Below are positions 1-15,449 of a DNA stretch of 64,000 bases, one piece after another. The position numbers and the translations under genes were made by a program. Within the stretch, counting starts at the first letter, position 1. Every line of letters begins with the position of its first letter. A model generated the notes under the pieces. It did no database searches, was not told where the DNA came from, and saw nothing but the letters and a program-made list of their open reading frames with translations. Source of the DNA: Cirrosporium novae-zelandiae (Eukaryota); the NCBI GenBank assembly GCA_026023565.1, contig JAPETS010000002.1:868001-932000 (forward strand), given 5' to 3'.

Positions 1-1092
1 GCAGAACTTGTGGAAACAATGGATCTTTTCCTTAAATCAAACAATCGGGAGGTTGTGCGTTCAGTTCTCGGCTTCGTTAAGGTCTCCATTATTAGTCTCC
101 CTATGAACCTCATGCTACCTCGATTGGAGACCATGATCCCCAACCTCTTCGTCTGGAGTCATGAACACACGGGCCACTTCCGACAGAAGATAAAACACAT
201 ATTTGAGCGGATGATCAGGAGGTTCGGATATGAAATTGTAGAGAAATGGTGTCCGGAGGAGGATAAAAAGCTACTCATTAACATCAAAAAGACCCGAGAG
301 CGAAACAAAAGAAAGAAGAATGACAACCCTGATGGTGAGGATGGAATGAGTGATGATGATTCATTGACCAACACCTCAAGACGAAGACCCGGTCGTTACG
401 ATAATGAATTCGATGAGGCAGTTTACGGCTCTGATGCCTCCTCATATTCCGGCTCTGATGCGAGTGACGACGAAGTGCTCGGCCACAACAAACAGCGCAA
501 AGGCAAATCAGCGAGTGCCCGAAACCAGCAATTCATCGTGGAGGATGACGACGAACCACTGGACCTTTTGGACAAAAGAGCCCTTGCGAATATCTCAACG
601 ACGCGGCCGCGCAGCACACGCACGGGACAGATGCCAGTGCAAAAGACCAAGGCCAAGGTTGATGAGGATGGAAGACTGGTTCTGGGAGAGGATGATAGCG
701 ATGATGAGATGATGGATTTTGATGCGGATTGGGCACACCATCGCGAGCCGGGAGATGGGTCGCTGGAGGGTGGTATTAATGCATATGTGGCAGCGATTAA
801 AGGCAAGGATGCTGTCAAGAGGGGCCAGAGAGGCAAACTCAAGTTCAGCAACAAGAAGGGGCAAGAAGAGGCAGATGATGATGAGGAGGAGGATCGGGAG
901 ATGGAGGTGGACCAGCAGCAGCAGGATATGAAGAGGAATAGGATGAAGGCGCAGATGGGGGGTAAAGGGAGGAGCCCGGGGAAGAAAGGGACGTTGGCGC
1001 AGAGGAGCGGAAGAAAGGGGTTAGGAGCCATGAAAACGAGGGGAGGGAGGGTCATGAAAGCGGGTGCGGGGAGAGGAGGAGGTAGGCGTTAA
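1..1092 (+). CDS. RRP12: Pre-rRNA processing protein Rrp12, C-terminal part (5' truncated by window)
   Basis: SNNREVVRSVLGFVKV...HFRQKIKHIFERMIRRFG...EEDKKLLINIKK, then acidic DDDEPLDLLD, AKVDEDGRLV and a basic Gly/Arg-rich tail typical of fungal Rrp12; stop TAA at 1090-1092. Confidence 0.9.
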   Translation, partial: AELVETMDLFLKSNNREVVRSVLGFVKVSIISLPMNLMLPRLETMIPNLFVWSHEHTGHFRQKIKHIFERMIRRFGYEIVEKWCPEEDKKLLINIKKTRERNKRKKNDNPDGEDGMSDDDSLTNTSRRRPGRYDNEFDEAVYGSDASSYSGSDASDDEVLGHNKQRKGKSASARNQQFIVEDDDEPLDLLDKRALANISTTRPRSTRTGQMPVQKTKAKVDEDGRLVLGEDDSDDEMMDFDADWAHHREPGDGSLEGGINAYVAAIKGKDAVKRGQRGKLKFSNKKGQEEADDDEEEDREMEVDQQQQDMKRNRMKAQMGGKGRSPGKKGTLAQRSGRKGLGAMKTRGGRVMKAGAGRGGGRR

Positions 1093-1293
1093 AGTTTGAA
1101 TCAAACTTTTTTTCTTTTTTTTCTTTCTATCTATTCAGGAAGGGGGAAAAAGTTCTCGTTTATTATTTGTTCATAAGGTATGATTTCGAAAACTAAGGGT
1201 TTTTTTTTGTTTTTTGTTTATTTTTTTTATGCTTTCTTTTTATGGTATAGAATGAATGAATATACATATGACGGAGCATGTATATGAAATGCG

Positions 1294-1294
<1 letters not shown>

Positions 1295-1344
<50 letters not shown>

Positions 1345-1345
1345 A
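1295..1345. repeat. (GTT)n microsatellite
   Basis: About 17 tandem TTG/GTT units read directly. Confidence 0.95.
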
Positions 1346-2250
1346 TCAAGATGTCTACCTACCTCACTCACTCCCAATTAATCACCCACAACCCACACAA
1401 CCCACACAACCCACATGGACGAATCATCATCATACATTATCCTATCCTCCATTGACCTTATCCAGTACAGTAAATGCGAGTAAGCCCGTTCCCATTACCA
1501 GGGGACTGTAGTGGTGGTGGTGGTGGTTCGGTTTGGTTTGATTTTATTTTGTTGAGGGTCGAGGGGAACTGTTATGTTTCTTGCTTGGTCTAGATAAGTT
1601 GGTCTTGAAAAAGCTGGTGTAGAGGAAAAAATAAGTAGGAAGTAGGGAATTTTGGGATTAGTGTATGTTAGGTGTTAGGTGTTAGGTTAATGGTTAATGG
1701 TTAATCTTCTTGTGAGGTCCCTTTTGTAGCTGGGTAAGCTAGGTATTTGATTGCCTTTTTTTTTGAGGTAATTGTGTGTTGGAGAGGGGGATAAATCAAT
1801 ATGGATAAAATTGTTAAAGGTTGTCAAGATGGGCGTAACGCAACGCAGAAGTCATAGTGGTGGTGGTGGTGGTGCTTCGGAAGAGAATAATGGGAATTCC
1901 AGTACTGAGTCAATTGAAATAAGTTAAAGGTCAAGGATGAAGAAGAAGAAGACCGTAATTGGATCAATAATGGGAAAGAAACCTTTGCTTCTTTCGTTTC
2001 ATTACCTCACGTCATTGTTTTCTCTTCAAGATTTTTAACCCGTGATAATTAGTGGACAATGGTATTTTTTTTAATGAAACGATTCCCTGTTCATTTGCCA
2101 ATCCATGGAGAATGTACCTATAGGCAAGCCCCCCCCTGCGTATTGAAAACCATTAAAGATAGGAAAATTTCTTTCAATATCAATGCCAAGTGGATAAATA
2201 AACCTTCCGCTTTTCTTATTCTTTCGTTGATTTTCATCAAAGCTTCCTCC

Positions 2251-2897
2251 TCATTCCTCCTCACTGGAGGTAGCCTCGATATTCTTCTTTGCCACCTTCT
2301 TCTTGAGCTTCTTCTTGGGTTGAGGCTCCTCCTCTGATTCCTCTTCTTCTTCTTCTTCCTCCGGTTCTGGGGTTGAGTCGAAATTTTGACCGTATGCCGG
2401 CCGAGGAATGCTGTCGCCTTTCTCTTTGAGTGTGGATTCAAGCTCAGGAAGTGTTTTTATTAACGTGGAGAATTGGTCAAGAGAGAGGGAGATACCCTAG
2501 ATGTAAAAGGTAAGCATGTCTGTAATCGATTGCAATGTTGTATGAGTAGAAAATGATTGGGGTGGTCAAGACCTTCTTTCCTGGGAGGGTTTGTCCATCT
2601 TTCTCGTAGTATTCCCTTATGCTAACAAGGGTCTTTCCTTTGAACTGTGAAATTGTGATGCGACGTTGATTTGATATCTCCTAATATTTATTACATCATC
2701 TTGTTAGCCATTCGTTGTTTCTTGGTTATGATAGTGTATGGTGAGATGAACAAAACCACATGGCATACCCAGTACTTGTCACCATTTGAATCTACCCCCT
2801 TTCCACTACTGCTAGCCTTTGAGCTTGAGGTTTTGGATTTTTTAGTCTTGGGGGCTTCATCAGACGAGTACCCAGCTGTACGTTTGGGGCGGGGCAT
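2251..2897 (-). CDS. SUB1: Transcriptional coactivator PC4/Sub1 (ssDNA-binding), 3 exons
   Basis: Exons 2897-2769, 2680-2573, 2496-2251 splice (GT..AG) to ...[52 protein letters not shown]..., the PC4 domain signature. Confidence 0.92.
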
Positions 2898-3020
2898 GAT
2901 TGGTTAGGCAACTGGAATTTGGTAGAATAGGTTGGTGGAAATGATGGTAGCCTAGCTTTTTGTAGTAGACGGATTGTAGATGAAGTTGAAGAATGAGATT
3001 GACGAGTGAGGTTGAGGAAG

Positions 3021-3073
3021 ACGCGAGGAAGGACGCGTTTGGGATGATGTAATTAATTAATACGGGAACGCGT
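3021..3073. promoter_or_regulatory. MCB-like elements upstream of SUB1
   Basis: ACGCGA 3021-3026, ACGCGT 3033-3038 and 3068-3073, 125-175 bp upstream of the ATG. Confidence 0.5.
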
Positions 3074-5252
3074 AAATTACATTGTCGCTTTACCTATACA
3101 GGATTTGGTGGGCTGGCTGGTAATTATTATCTTATTTCCATATTACTTATCTGTCAAGATGGCATTTCAAATATTAATATCAACAGCAGAGGTGAGGTTA
3201 TAATTCTAGCAACACTACATCATATTGAAATGAGATTTTGGAGGATATTGATGGTAAGGCTCTATGATTGTTTTCATAGGTATTACAATAAGCTGGGCTT
3301 TTAATGTAGATATATCTAATTACTCCTCACAACCAATCATCTTCAAAGATACTGTATTACTTTGTAGCGAAGCTCTCTCGCTCACGGGGATTGATTGAGC
3401 CCTCGGCCCGGCCCGGCCCATCCTATCTTATTCAAGGCCCAGGACCATCAAAAAAGCGAAAGAAAATGTATATCGCATGCTCATACTCATAAAAATTGAA
3501 TTTCATAGGCTTACTTATTTTTATTGTTGTCCTATCACTTGCGGTGCGAGGTGCGGGGGGCTTTGTCTATTTTATCACAAGGCACAGGATGTGGAGTTAG
3601 TTTGGTTGAGTGTTTTTGAGGTTTGAGATTTGGGAGTTTAGGATGAGTATGAGATAATTAAGTATCCCGAGGGGGTATAGGGGATAGATGGAAGTGGGAC
3701 TGCATGAGGTAAAAATAATATTGAGGCTAAAATATAAGAAGGCCAGGAAATAATAAGATCTGTGATCCCACATCTAGGCGCTTAAGCTCGGCGGGAAATT
3801 ATTCTTGACGTCTGTGGATAATCTGAAGTAGATATTGGGAGAGGGTTAGGAGCTGGAATCTAGGTTATGTATATGATCTCCGTCCGTCGATACTTGCTAA
3901 AAAAGGTGGATGGATTCCCTAGAGACGTAGCAGATTAATATCACCCAGCAAATTTCAAACGAATCAGAAATCCACTTATCTAGCCTTCATGAGTGCTAGC
4001 AGACGTATTTTTCGAGATCGATAGCTTCAATACCGAAGCAATTGATTCAGAGAGCAGAGATATGACTGTATTCATGAAAGGGGGCTCATTAGTTTAGTTC
4101 TTCATCGGGGCACCTTGCATAATAATATCTTTGCTTTCTTTTCCAATCACTGTCTTCGGTAATTTGATTCTAATAGGGTAATTCGAACATAAATTCTGAA
4201 ATTAAGCAGTTCTTTCGAATATTGTAAGTCGGGTATTAATTTTTGGCGATCTCAAGTTCACCGCTGATGAATCTCACGTGTTCAGTTAATAAACTTCAGT
4301 TCTAGGCGAATCCTGCATCAAAGTATATCAATGACTAAAAATCCAAGAAGAAAGCGATTCGATGGAGTAAAGGTGTAGGAACTCTAGACGGAAAGACACG
4401 TTAACATCTCGGCTGGTAAACTTCTCGATGTTATGTGGACACAACAAGACATGAAGGATGAACTGTGTATAGTAATACATTGCGAGATTCTCGAAAACTC
4501 GGGATTAGCATGATATCAAGTTTTTGCTAAGGATTAGTTTTCGTTGGGAGACCTTTTCTCCCCATTTGTAAGTGTTCAAGGTTCTTGCACACTCATGAGA
4601 ACCAATTCAACCACATACGTTATATCCAGAAATCACATATAGATAATATAGCAACAGGGGGCTCATAGATGTACATAAACACTAATCCCATGACCAAAGA
4701 ACATATATGACACGACGAATACCGAATCTTAGCAGCTGGTTCCCATATAACTGGCAGGATTGTAATGCAATGGAAAAATAATGGAATATAGGGTACACAA
4801 ACAGGGTACCAGATATAGGGACTAAAGCTCTCTAGCAGAAATCCCCTTGGAATTGGTAGATACTACACAACATCAGCCAATGATTTAAATATTTAATTAG
4901 TTGTAGCGATTATCAAGTGGCCTAGAGACCTCTCAGAAGTCTGGAGTGAAGATGAGCTAGGATAGACACGAAAATAAAGGTCAGGTTGGTACGACTGTGG
5001 CTCAATGACTATTCATGCAGGTATATTGCAGAATAATGATGTCCAAAGAAGCATTGCATAACAGCTAGGGACCATATAACAGGTATATATGGACAAGGCA
5101 AACCAAACATGAGGATTGTGTTAACTATTACCGATCAGCAGCAAATACCCGATGAGCATTAGTATTCGGAGGTAGCCGTTATAAAAGATGATGACCAGTG
5201 GCAATTTTAGTAGAAATTTTTGAATTTTCTTTTGCTGTAGGTAATAATGCAT

Positions 5253-5724
5253 ATGAGTCAAGTGTGGAGGTGGCAGATGATTCCATAGAATATGTAGAAG
5301 GCTGAATGGAGAGAGGAGGGGCTGGAGGAATCAATTTTCCGTCTTTACTCAAAGAAGATGAAAAGTCCGATTGTCGGATCTGTGGCTGAAATATACTCCT
5401 AATTGGCCAATCAAAATACCTTAAAACCCCGCACTGAATTTTTTTCGTACAGGCACAGCTGGCATAGCATCAGGATTCAGGAACTTTTCTCAAAGGCTTT
5501 GGAGTTGTTACTAAGTACTAAGTAGGTGTTATGAAAGTCCCGGTCAGTGTGGATCCCTGCCAAGCCCAGCCAACTTTGGGAGGAATTACCTCACACTCTC
5601 GAATGAAGTCAAAAAAATTACAAACCGTTTGAGTTAACCCCGAAGGACATTGTCCAAAGAATCCAGGTCCCAGGAAGTGAAGAGTCATACTCACCGCAAG
5701 GTCCCTCAATATATAGATTGACTC
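5253..5724 (+). promoter_or_regulatory. Gcn4/CpcA response elements upstream of homocitrate synthase
   Basis: ATGAGTCA 5253-5260, GAGTCA 5682-5687, TGACTC 5719-5724. Confidence 0.6.
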
Positions 5725-5852
5725 CTCTCATCTTACACTTAACTTTTCCATTCACTATTCTTTATCTGCATTCTAACATCGATTGCTCTCATCATCATCA
5801 TATCCCAATTTAACTTGTTCCCTTGCGTTATACTAATACCCACTTATCCACA

Positions 5853-7694
<1,842 letters not shown>

Positions 7695-8603
7695 AGAAAA
7701 TGATGGGTATTCGAATTTGGTTTTTGGATATGGATAGTCGATAGACCTGATCTCCATCTGCCATGAAGCATATCCGTCTTTCCTATGGATTCTTTGGGAT
7801 CTAATTCCTTTTGTTCTGTTCCGCCTGCATTAACAGGAAAATCAAAAGACAAAAGTGTTTTTTATGCCATATATGCATGTGGGAAGCCTCGGCATACTGA
7901 CGTGTACGATCTAAACGAGTTTGCGGTCGAGGTTTTCTGTTGAATACGAAAAGGGGTTTGGCATGCATTTGTGTTTCTTGGAGTTTACGAGAGATACCTT
8001 GATGGTGGAAATCTATAGTGACGATTTCAGGGGCCCATTACATGTATTCACATCCTCTTTAATGCATTATACAAAAGCTAGTAGACATGAAAATTTGAGG
8101 TCATTTTGCTGTGAACTTGGTAAATTCTGTGGGTATTTCACGCTGTAGGCTAGATACAAGGGAATCGAGAGAACTATGAATTTGATATTTGTTCCCTTCA
8201 CGTGTCTTGTAATTGAGTAGACGACAAGACAAGCATCGTGAGAACGGACCGCCAAAGGATCTGAGACTTTATCGGAACGCCAATCCAATTTGACAGCTCT
8301 GCTACTCCATACCATCATCCATAATTCCTTTTCCACTCCCGCTTCCTATTGCCCGTTACGATAACACCATTGCTCGTAAATAATGAAGAATTGCTAGAGT
8401 TTGTAATTGATGTTGTCTTGTTGACCTGTCAATCGTTCTCTACCTTTATCGCTTGCGGACCCTCTCTATTCTTGAGCCTCCTCCCTCCTGAATATTCCAT
8501 ACGCCGCGCCCGCAACCTAGGGCTCCATTCCCTCCTGAATATTGAGAACAACACTCTGCTGGAACGGGCGAGACGCCCAATTATCCTTTTCGACCTCGTC
8601 AAA

Positions 8604-9636
8604 ATGCATTTCGCCCTCCCACCTCGCAAAACATCTCACCCTCCTCCATATGCTCTCCCAGCTCGAAGTAACCCAACACGTGGGCGTAACCCACTACACT
8701 ACATCGGGGGGATAGCAGTATTCCTTATAATTGTATTCCTTCTCCGAGGAGGTTTCAGTGGAGGTGGCTCTCAAGTTGATTCCAAACAAGGTGTTGTCAT
8801 CGTAACGATGTTCGACCGAAGCACAATGAGCGAGGGATATATAAAGAAGATCAAACAGAACAGAGAGGACTACGCTCTTCGCCACGGTAACAACATATTG
8901 TGTCGATGAAGAAACCAAGGTGGCTAGGCTAATAGCAATTGCAACAATAATAGGCTACGGGACATTCTACACCGATGCCAGTGACTACAAATACAAATAT
9001 GAAAACCACCCAGCATCGTGGGGCATGATCCCATCAATGCGGCATGCCTTCAAAAATCACACCGACATCGAATACATCTGGCAACTATCCGCCCACTCTC
9101 TCATCCTAAATCCCGAGCTATCTCTGCACGAGCAAATTCTTAAAGACGAGCGCATTTCATCTATCATGCTCCGAGACCTCCCCGTGGTACCTCCAGACTC
9201 GGTTATCCACACCTTCTCCCACCTAAGCCCGGACCGAGTCTCCATGATCATATCCCAAGATCACGAGGGTCTCTCTGCTACTTCCATAATCCTCCGCAAC
9301 GACGACTGGTCTCAATTCTGCCTGGACGTCTGGTTCGACCCATTGATGATCAGCTACAATTTCCAGAAAGCGGAGGTGCACGCCCTCGAACACATCATTC
9401 AGTGGCATCCCACGATCCTGGCCCAGGTGGCAGTCATCCCGCAAAAGGCCTTTAATAGCTATGCCGTGGATGTCCCCAACGCAAAGGGACAGGGCTTATA
9501 CGCCGACGGCGATTTCGTCGTCACCCTCAACGAATGCGGCGCCCACGGCGAATCTCGCAATTGTGAAAAGGAAATGGATCCGTACTTCAGGCTTTGGGTG
9601 AAAACTATAGAGATAAGAAAGAAACAAGTCGTCTGA
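8604..9636 (+). CDS. MNN11: Golgi alpha-1,6-mannosyltransferase subunit (GT34, Mnn10/Mnn11 family)
   Basis: MHFALPPRKTSHPPPY start, type II TM helix, intron 8887-8953, motifs VVPPDSVIHTF, WFDPL..SYNFQKAE.HALEHIIQWHPTIL. Confidence 0.88.
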
Positions 9637-10137
9637 ATGAAAAAAGAAAATAAGTAGAAAAAAGAGAGAGACCCAAGTACCAAAGTGACCAATATATGGC
9701 CCGAATTCGGAGTTTGATTCTATTTTTTATTTTATATTCTCTAGCATGGATCTTTTCTCTCTCTCTCTTACTTGATAGGGTTTTAAACTAGATAAATAAA
9801 GGGTACCATCGGTTAGGGCAAAGGGGCAAAAAAACGCAAGAGAGCAAAGAGCAAAGAGCAAAGAAGGTATGCTTTGATTGCTTGATTGATAAAAGGGGTA
9901 TCTATATCATGTGTCTTTCCACTCGTACTACTTTTACTTGCTAAAAGTGAAAGATCCGGGGCGGGGAGGGGAGCCGTTTTATTTGTTTGTTTGTATTGTT
10001 TGTGCCCTCTCTCTCTTTCTCTCTTATTTGCATTTTTCTAAGCCGAATCAATTGGCGAATCGGGGCGTTTTTATAAGTACCTAGGTATTCGGTTATTTGT
10101 TGTTGTTTGTTATCGTTGGATAGCTATAACCCTATTA

Positions 10138-10182
10138 CATCATCATCATCATCATCATCATCGTCATCATCATCATCATCAT
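10138..10182. repeat. (CAT)n microsatellite
   Basis: About 15 CAT units with one interruption. Confidence 0.95.
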
Positions 10183-11417
10183 ATTTATCTACTCTATGAA
10201 GATGCAGGTCCAGACCCTGTTCGTTCCGAGTCCTTTCTTTAGACGACAGAGAAGTTTCGTTTTTTTAAGAGAGAATCGAATCGAATATACGTATAGCTCG
10301 CGAGTAGTCTAGTTACCTAGGTAGTTAGTTAGTTGGGACCTCCCCTTTTTTGTGGTGTGGTTTATGTTCATGATCTTGTATATATATACCTCATCCCCTA
10401 CCCTACCTCACTACTCTTTCCTTCCAGAAAGAAAAAATATATATAACATATCTCTCTCTCTTTTTTTTCTTCTCTCTCACACATACATACTCCTATGTCC
10501 TAATTATAATTATAATTTAATATTTATTCATTTCGGGTTCTTTAATCTGCCCTATCTGCCCCTGTTTGCCTTGTTGTCTGTTATTGTTTCTTCTGCTTGT
10601 TCTGCCCTATTTCTACCTTGTTCTGCCTGTTCGGTTCTGCTGCTCTGCTGCTCTGCTGCTCTGCTCTCTGTTTGATGGCTTGCCTTTTTCTTCTTTACCG
10701 GACTGGTATGCTTTTTTCTTTTCCTTCTTACCGGACCGGTGTACGCTCTTTTTCATGAATCTTGCCAACACAACACAACAGAGATAGATGGATGGGGTCA
10801 GACGGACAGATATGCAAGGCAAAGGCAAAGCAGGGCAGGGCAAGAGAGGCAGATTATACGTAAAGGTTGTGTAACGTAAGCTAATGTTACAATTCTGATT
10901 CCAAATGGGAGAGTGCAAAAAAAAGGTGATTATCCATGAAGGAAGAGGGTTTTTAGTTTTGAAAGGGCAAAGCAAAGGGGGTAGGGAAGAACCAACTCCC
11001 CCTCCCCCACACCCAAAAACTCCCTATTTCAAGTTTCCCTTCGGGATAAAAGAGCAAAAAAGTTAAAAGTAAAAAAAAAGAAAAGGGCAAAAAACAATGT
11101 TTCCTTTCCTTTCCTTTCTCCATGATCCATGATCCAACCAACCAACCACCACGCACAACACACATAAAACTCCCCGATCCGATGGAAAAAACCAAAACCC
11201 AAAGCTATGTCAAAAAAAAGGGTCCATATACTTACCCAAAACCGAACCGAAACCAGAACCTAACAATGGAGACCTTGCAAAAAAACGCCAATATAGCATC
11301 TTTTTGGTTGGATCTTTTACATTCGTATGCGGTTGTTGCAACTCCACACTCCACACTCCGCCTTCCGTGTTCTGTATTCCGAACCATATATCTGCCTGCC
11401 TGCCTGTCCTAACCTCC

Positions 11418-13240
11418 CTAATTCTCCCCCTCAATCTCCAAAACCGTCGGCTTTGCTGATTCCCCTCCAACAATCCTTGTTTTGCCCTCACCAGCATGAT
11501 ACACCATTTCAAGCATTTTCTCTTTTTGCCCGGCGCGCACACCTTTCAGGGTCCCTAACCGCTCCTTCAACCCTATAATTTGCTCCCCAACACTCGCGCT
11601 CGTCGTCGTGCGTCGGTTCAGCAACGGCGTCACGAGCTGCCGCCGTAGGTTCTCCAGCTGGTATTGCACCTGTACCAGCTGCCCATTGTGACGAAGGACT
11701 AGCTTCGCGTTGGCGATCGTGCGGGCGCGAACGGATTCTAGTAGAGCGCGATTGCGCTCATACTTTCTGAGTTGCGAGGGATTGGGACCCAGGACGCGCG
11801 TCCAGAGAGAAGCGAGATTCTCAGACTCGGCTCGAGTTTGCTCGTCCGTCTCGCGCGCGACGATGCGACCGAGGTTTTTAAATTGGTTTTCTACGTCCTG
11901 GAAGTAGACGAGGAGTTTGTTGCTGTGGGTGATTTCGCTGTTGATTGTTTCTTCGAGCACCGAGATGAGCTCGTTGAAGGTTACCTGGACCTTTTGTCGC
12001 GTGCGCTGCGTGCTGCTAGCGCCGAGAAGCGTGTTGACGGCTGCGCCGAGTGGGGTAGGGACGCGGGTGTTTTGGTTTTCGAAGAGGACACTGTTGGAGA
12101 GGTGGGCGTGGAAGTTATCGATCATGGAGAAGGGTGAGGCAGTAGGCGCTGGGATGGAGGATAGTTCGCGGATGGCCCAGTCCATAACTAGAAGAATACC
12201 GTCGACGTCGCCGTTGACGCTAGATAAGAATTCGGTGAGCAAATTAGAGAGAGCCTTGAGGTCGCCGCTAAGGCTGTCAAGGCTCTCATAGATCTGCACC
12301 GAGGAGGTCATGTTTGAGGTTCGGACGGACTCGCCCAGATCCCAGACCGCAACACTGGAGTCTTGGAGCTCAACTGCTTGGTGGTAGCCGTTTGCGGAAG
12401 CAGCGACTTGGTCATCGAAGCCCTCTGTCATTTTTGCGATTAGGACGAGGTCAGGAACGGGCGGGAGGTCTCGCGGGGGCTGAAAGAGTTTGGGGATTGT
12501 AGAAATTGAGAGAAAGAGAATAAGTATGGAGAATATAGTGGAAGTCCATGACTTCGTAGCTTGCTGGAGCTTTGATTGAAAATAGTCAAGCGCATTCTCG
12601 AAAGGGAGTGTCCGATGTTGAACTTCGGCGCGAACTTGAATACGAATATCTTTTGAGCATCAGTACAACGGAAACCAAGTCTTCCAAATCTAATCATACA
12701 ATTTTCTGAGTTTGTATGCTTCTCAGGATCCAAAGGCTTTTTCAGGCCTATGTCTTTAGTCGGAGACTCTTCCTTGACGACAGGAAGGACCGAAGCAGAA
12801 GCAGCCTTTTGTCGCAGAGGTTCAGGCTCAGGCGATCTTTCTTTTAAAGGAGAATCCGAGCCAGCGGGCAGAGGTATGCTTGCGGGGAGAGTGACATCAA
12901 ACATGGATTTATTATCTTCTTGTTTCATTATATACGCTGGGCTTGACTCGCGCGACTTGGATGGATCCTTGTAAGATCTTAAATGTAGAGGAGTCTGAGC
13001 ATACGGGTTATGTCGATACCAGCCACTTCCTTTCCACGCTGGAGGCGACCAGACAGAGCCAGAATCCGAGTCGGGTTCAGGATCAGTATCAGTTTCTTGA
13101 AAGCCAGAATGTTGAGATGGCATGTCAAAGATAGGCGATTGATTATCACCATGGCTGATGTCTTCTAGTTCGGAAAGGGAAGGGTGGTCATCGAATACGT
13201 GGTCTAAGTCATCTAGATGTGAAGCCGCCATTGTCATCAT
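11418..13240 (-). CDS. Hypothetical protein: disordered N-terminus, single TM helix, long helical/coiled-coil C-terminus; 2 exons
   Basis: Intron 12650-12699 (GTATGA..CTGAT..AAG) joins the 266-aa and 337-aa ORFs via NYIRIQVRAEVQHRTLPFE; hydrophobic TIFSILILFLSISTI precedes PVPDLV and heptad-rich helices. Confidence 0.8.
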
Positions 13241-13947
13241 GTCTTAAGATCTCAAAGAAGATCTAAAAGAGGGACTGATGGCGACGTTCATAGGTGGGAT
13301 TTGGGGGGGACAAAGGGAGTTGTATAGGGGGATAAGAGAAGAGCGAAAGACTGAGGAGGCTGGCGGATGGCGGTCAGTGTTTCTATGAATGATATCAAAA
13401 GCAATCAATCAATCAATGGTGGTCATTCAGCCCTATCGCATATTTCATTGTTATCATAAATGAATTCCTTATCGGGGGATCAGAAGTATATTTGGGAGAT
13501 GGGGTCAGTAACAATTGTCAACAGCAGCAGAAAGTAGTAAAGCGTGAAGCGCAATAGTTTTAGGTGTAGGTTGAAAGTTGAAGAAGGAAGGGAAATGATT
13601 TAGCTAAAGCGATTATTAGAAGTGATGCGATGGTTGATGGGTTGATGGGGTTGAGGTACTGGGCATCAATACCCCTCGTCTGGAGCCAAAGGTTGCGACC
13701 ATTGGACCATTGGTCTGTTGCTAAATGAAGTTTGGCTGGCAAGGTAAAGCTGGTGGCTGGGGTACCAATCATAGCGAAGAAGTCCCCCATCACTTGCTTG
13801 TCTTACCCTTGCTGCCGCTGCAGGTTCAATCACATCTCCAACATTAATTCTTGAATCATATATCATCTCTATCCCTACCATACCATCCATTTGCGTCACT
13901 GGTGATTCGGAACCAGTCTTTGATATAAATATATATATATATATGCG

Positions 13948-13982
13948 CAACATACCCAACATACCCAACATACCCAACATAC
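13948..13982. repeat. (CAACATACC)n 9-mer tandem repeat
   Basis: About 4 copies next to an (AT)n tract. Confidence 0.85.
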
Positions 13983-14471
13983 ATATCATCTTTACGCCAG
14001 CAAGGTGCCCAGATAATCCCATGACCTAGGCAACACTTCGGCCTATTTTACTCCGATTATTTAGCTTCAAAGTTGAACCATCATCTGACTCGTGCTAGAA
14101 TGCTAGACTACCATAGTGTCATGGTCCTATATAGTGCTATCTACATATCCTAAGGCTAATCCATGGTGCTGAAAATAACTTTCAATTGGTAATATCCACA
14201 ATAATGTAAGTCGTGTCTAGAGTAGAGATTCTATTGCAATTCATGTACCCACCCCAAACGCTCCAGCTATCCTCGGGGTCATGCAGCAGAGCTAGAACAA
14301 AAGGAGATTCATGTACATAATTATTCGGTATCCAAAGCGAGGTTTGATATTTCTGAAAAGCCGAATTCTATGGTGGTAGTGGTACAGACCGACCGTCCAT
14401 GCCATCGAGCCGAAGCTACCATGCGCGGAGCGGCCGATTAGGTAGGTTCATGAGGAAGAGAATGGATGCAT

Positions 14472-15177
<706 letters not shown>

Positions 15178-15449
15178 GATGAATTATAAGTTATTAAAAA
15201 GACTGATTAGTCTAATGCTGAGAGGAGAAGAGAGATGAGTGAAGAGTAGAGAGGAGAGAGGAGAGAGGAATGATTGAAAAAATTGTTGGCAGACGGTGAA
15301 CAAGTTAATATACTAAGTATGGTTATGTATGGGGTAGAAATACGAAGCAAGAAAGTGAAGGGCCGAAGGAGAAGAAAATAGACGGCCGGATGACATAGAC
15401 TTTGGCGGCGGAATTTTACGGACCGGGAGGCCTGGGAGAGTCAGCGCTG

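Noticed and set aside
423..1055. Long antisense ORFs over RRP12 and other genes (e.g. 22116-22616, 45194-45712, 57108-57731 alternate frame)
   Set aside because: Shadow ORFs caused by codon bias of the real genes
1278..1511. Poly-Cys ORF
   Set aside because: Simply the translation of the (TGT)n microsatellite
1668..1705. GTTAGGT and TAATGGT repeats resembling telomeric sequence
   Set aside because: 7-mer units, not TTAGGG, and only about 3 copies each
3900..4600. Possible gene relic or 5S rRNA-like 13-mer (GAAAACTCGGGAT) in the SUB1-LYS20 spacer
   Set aside because: Frames I translated are stop-riddled with no recognisable motif; flanks do not match 5S rRNA
8349..8603. In-frame upstream extension of MNN11 from a TTG
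   Set aside because: The family-typical start MHFALPPRK has a good AAAATG context; the extension has no protein-like features
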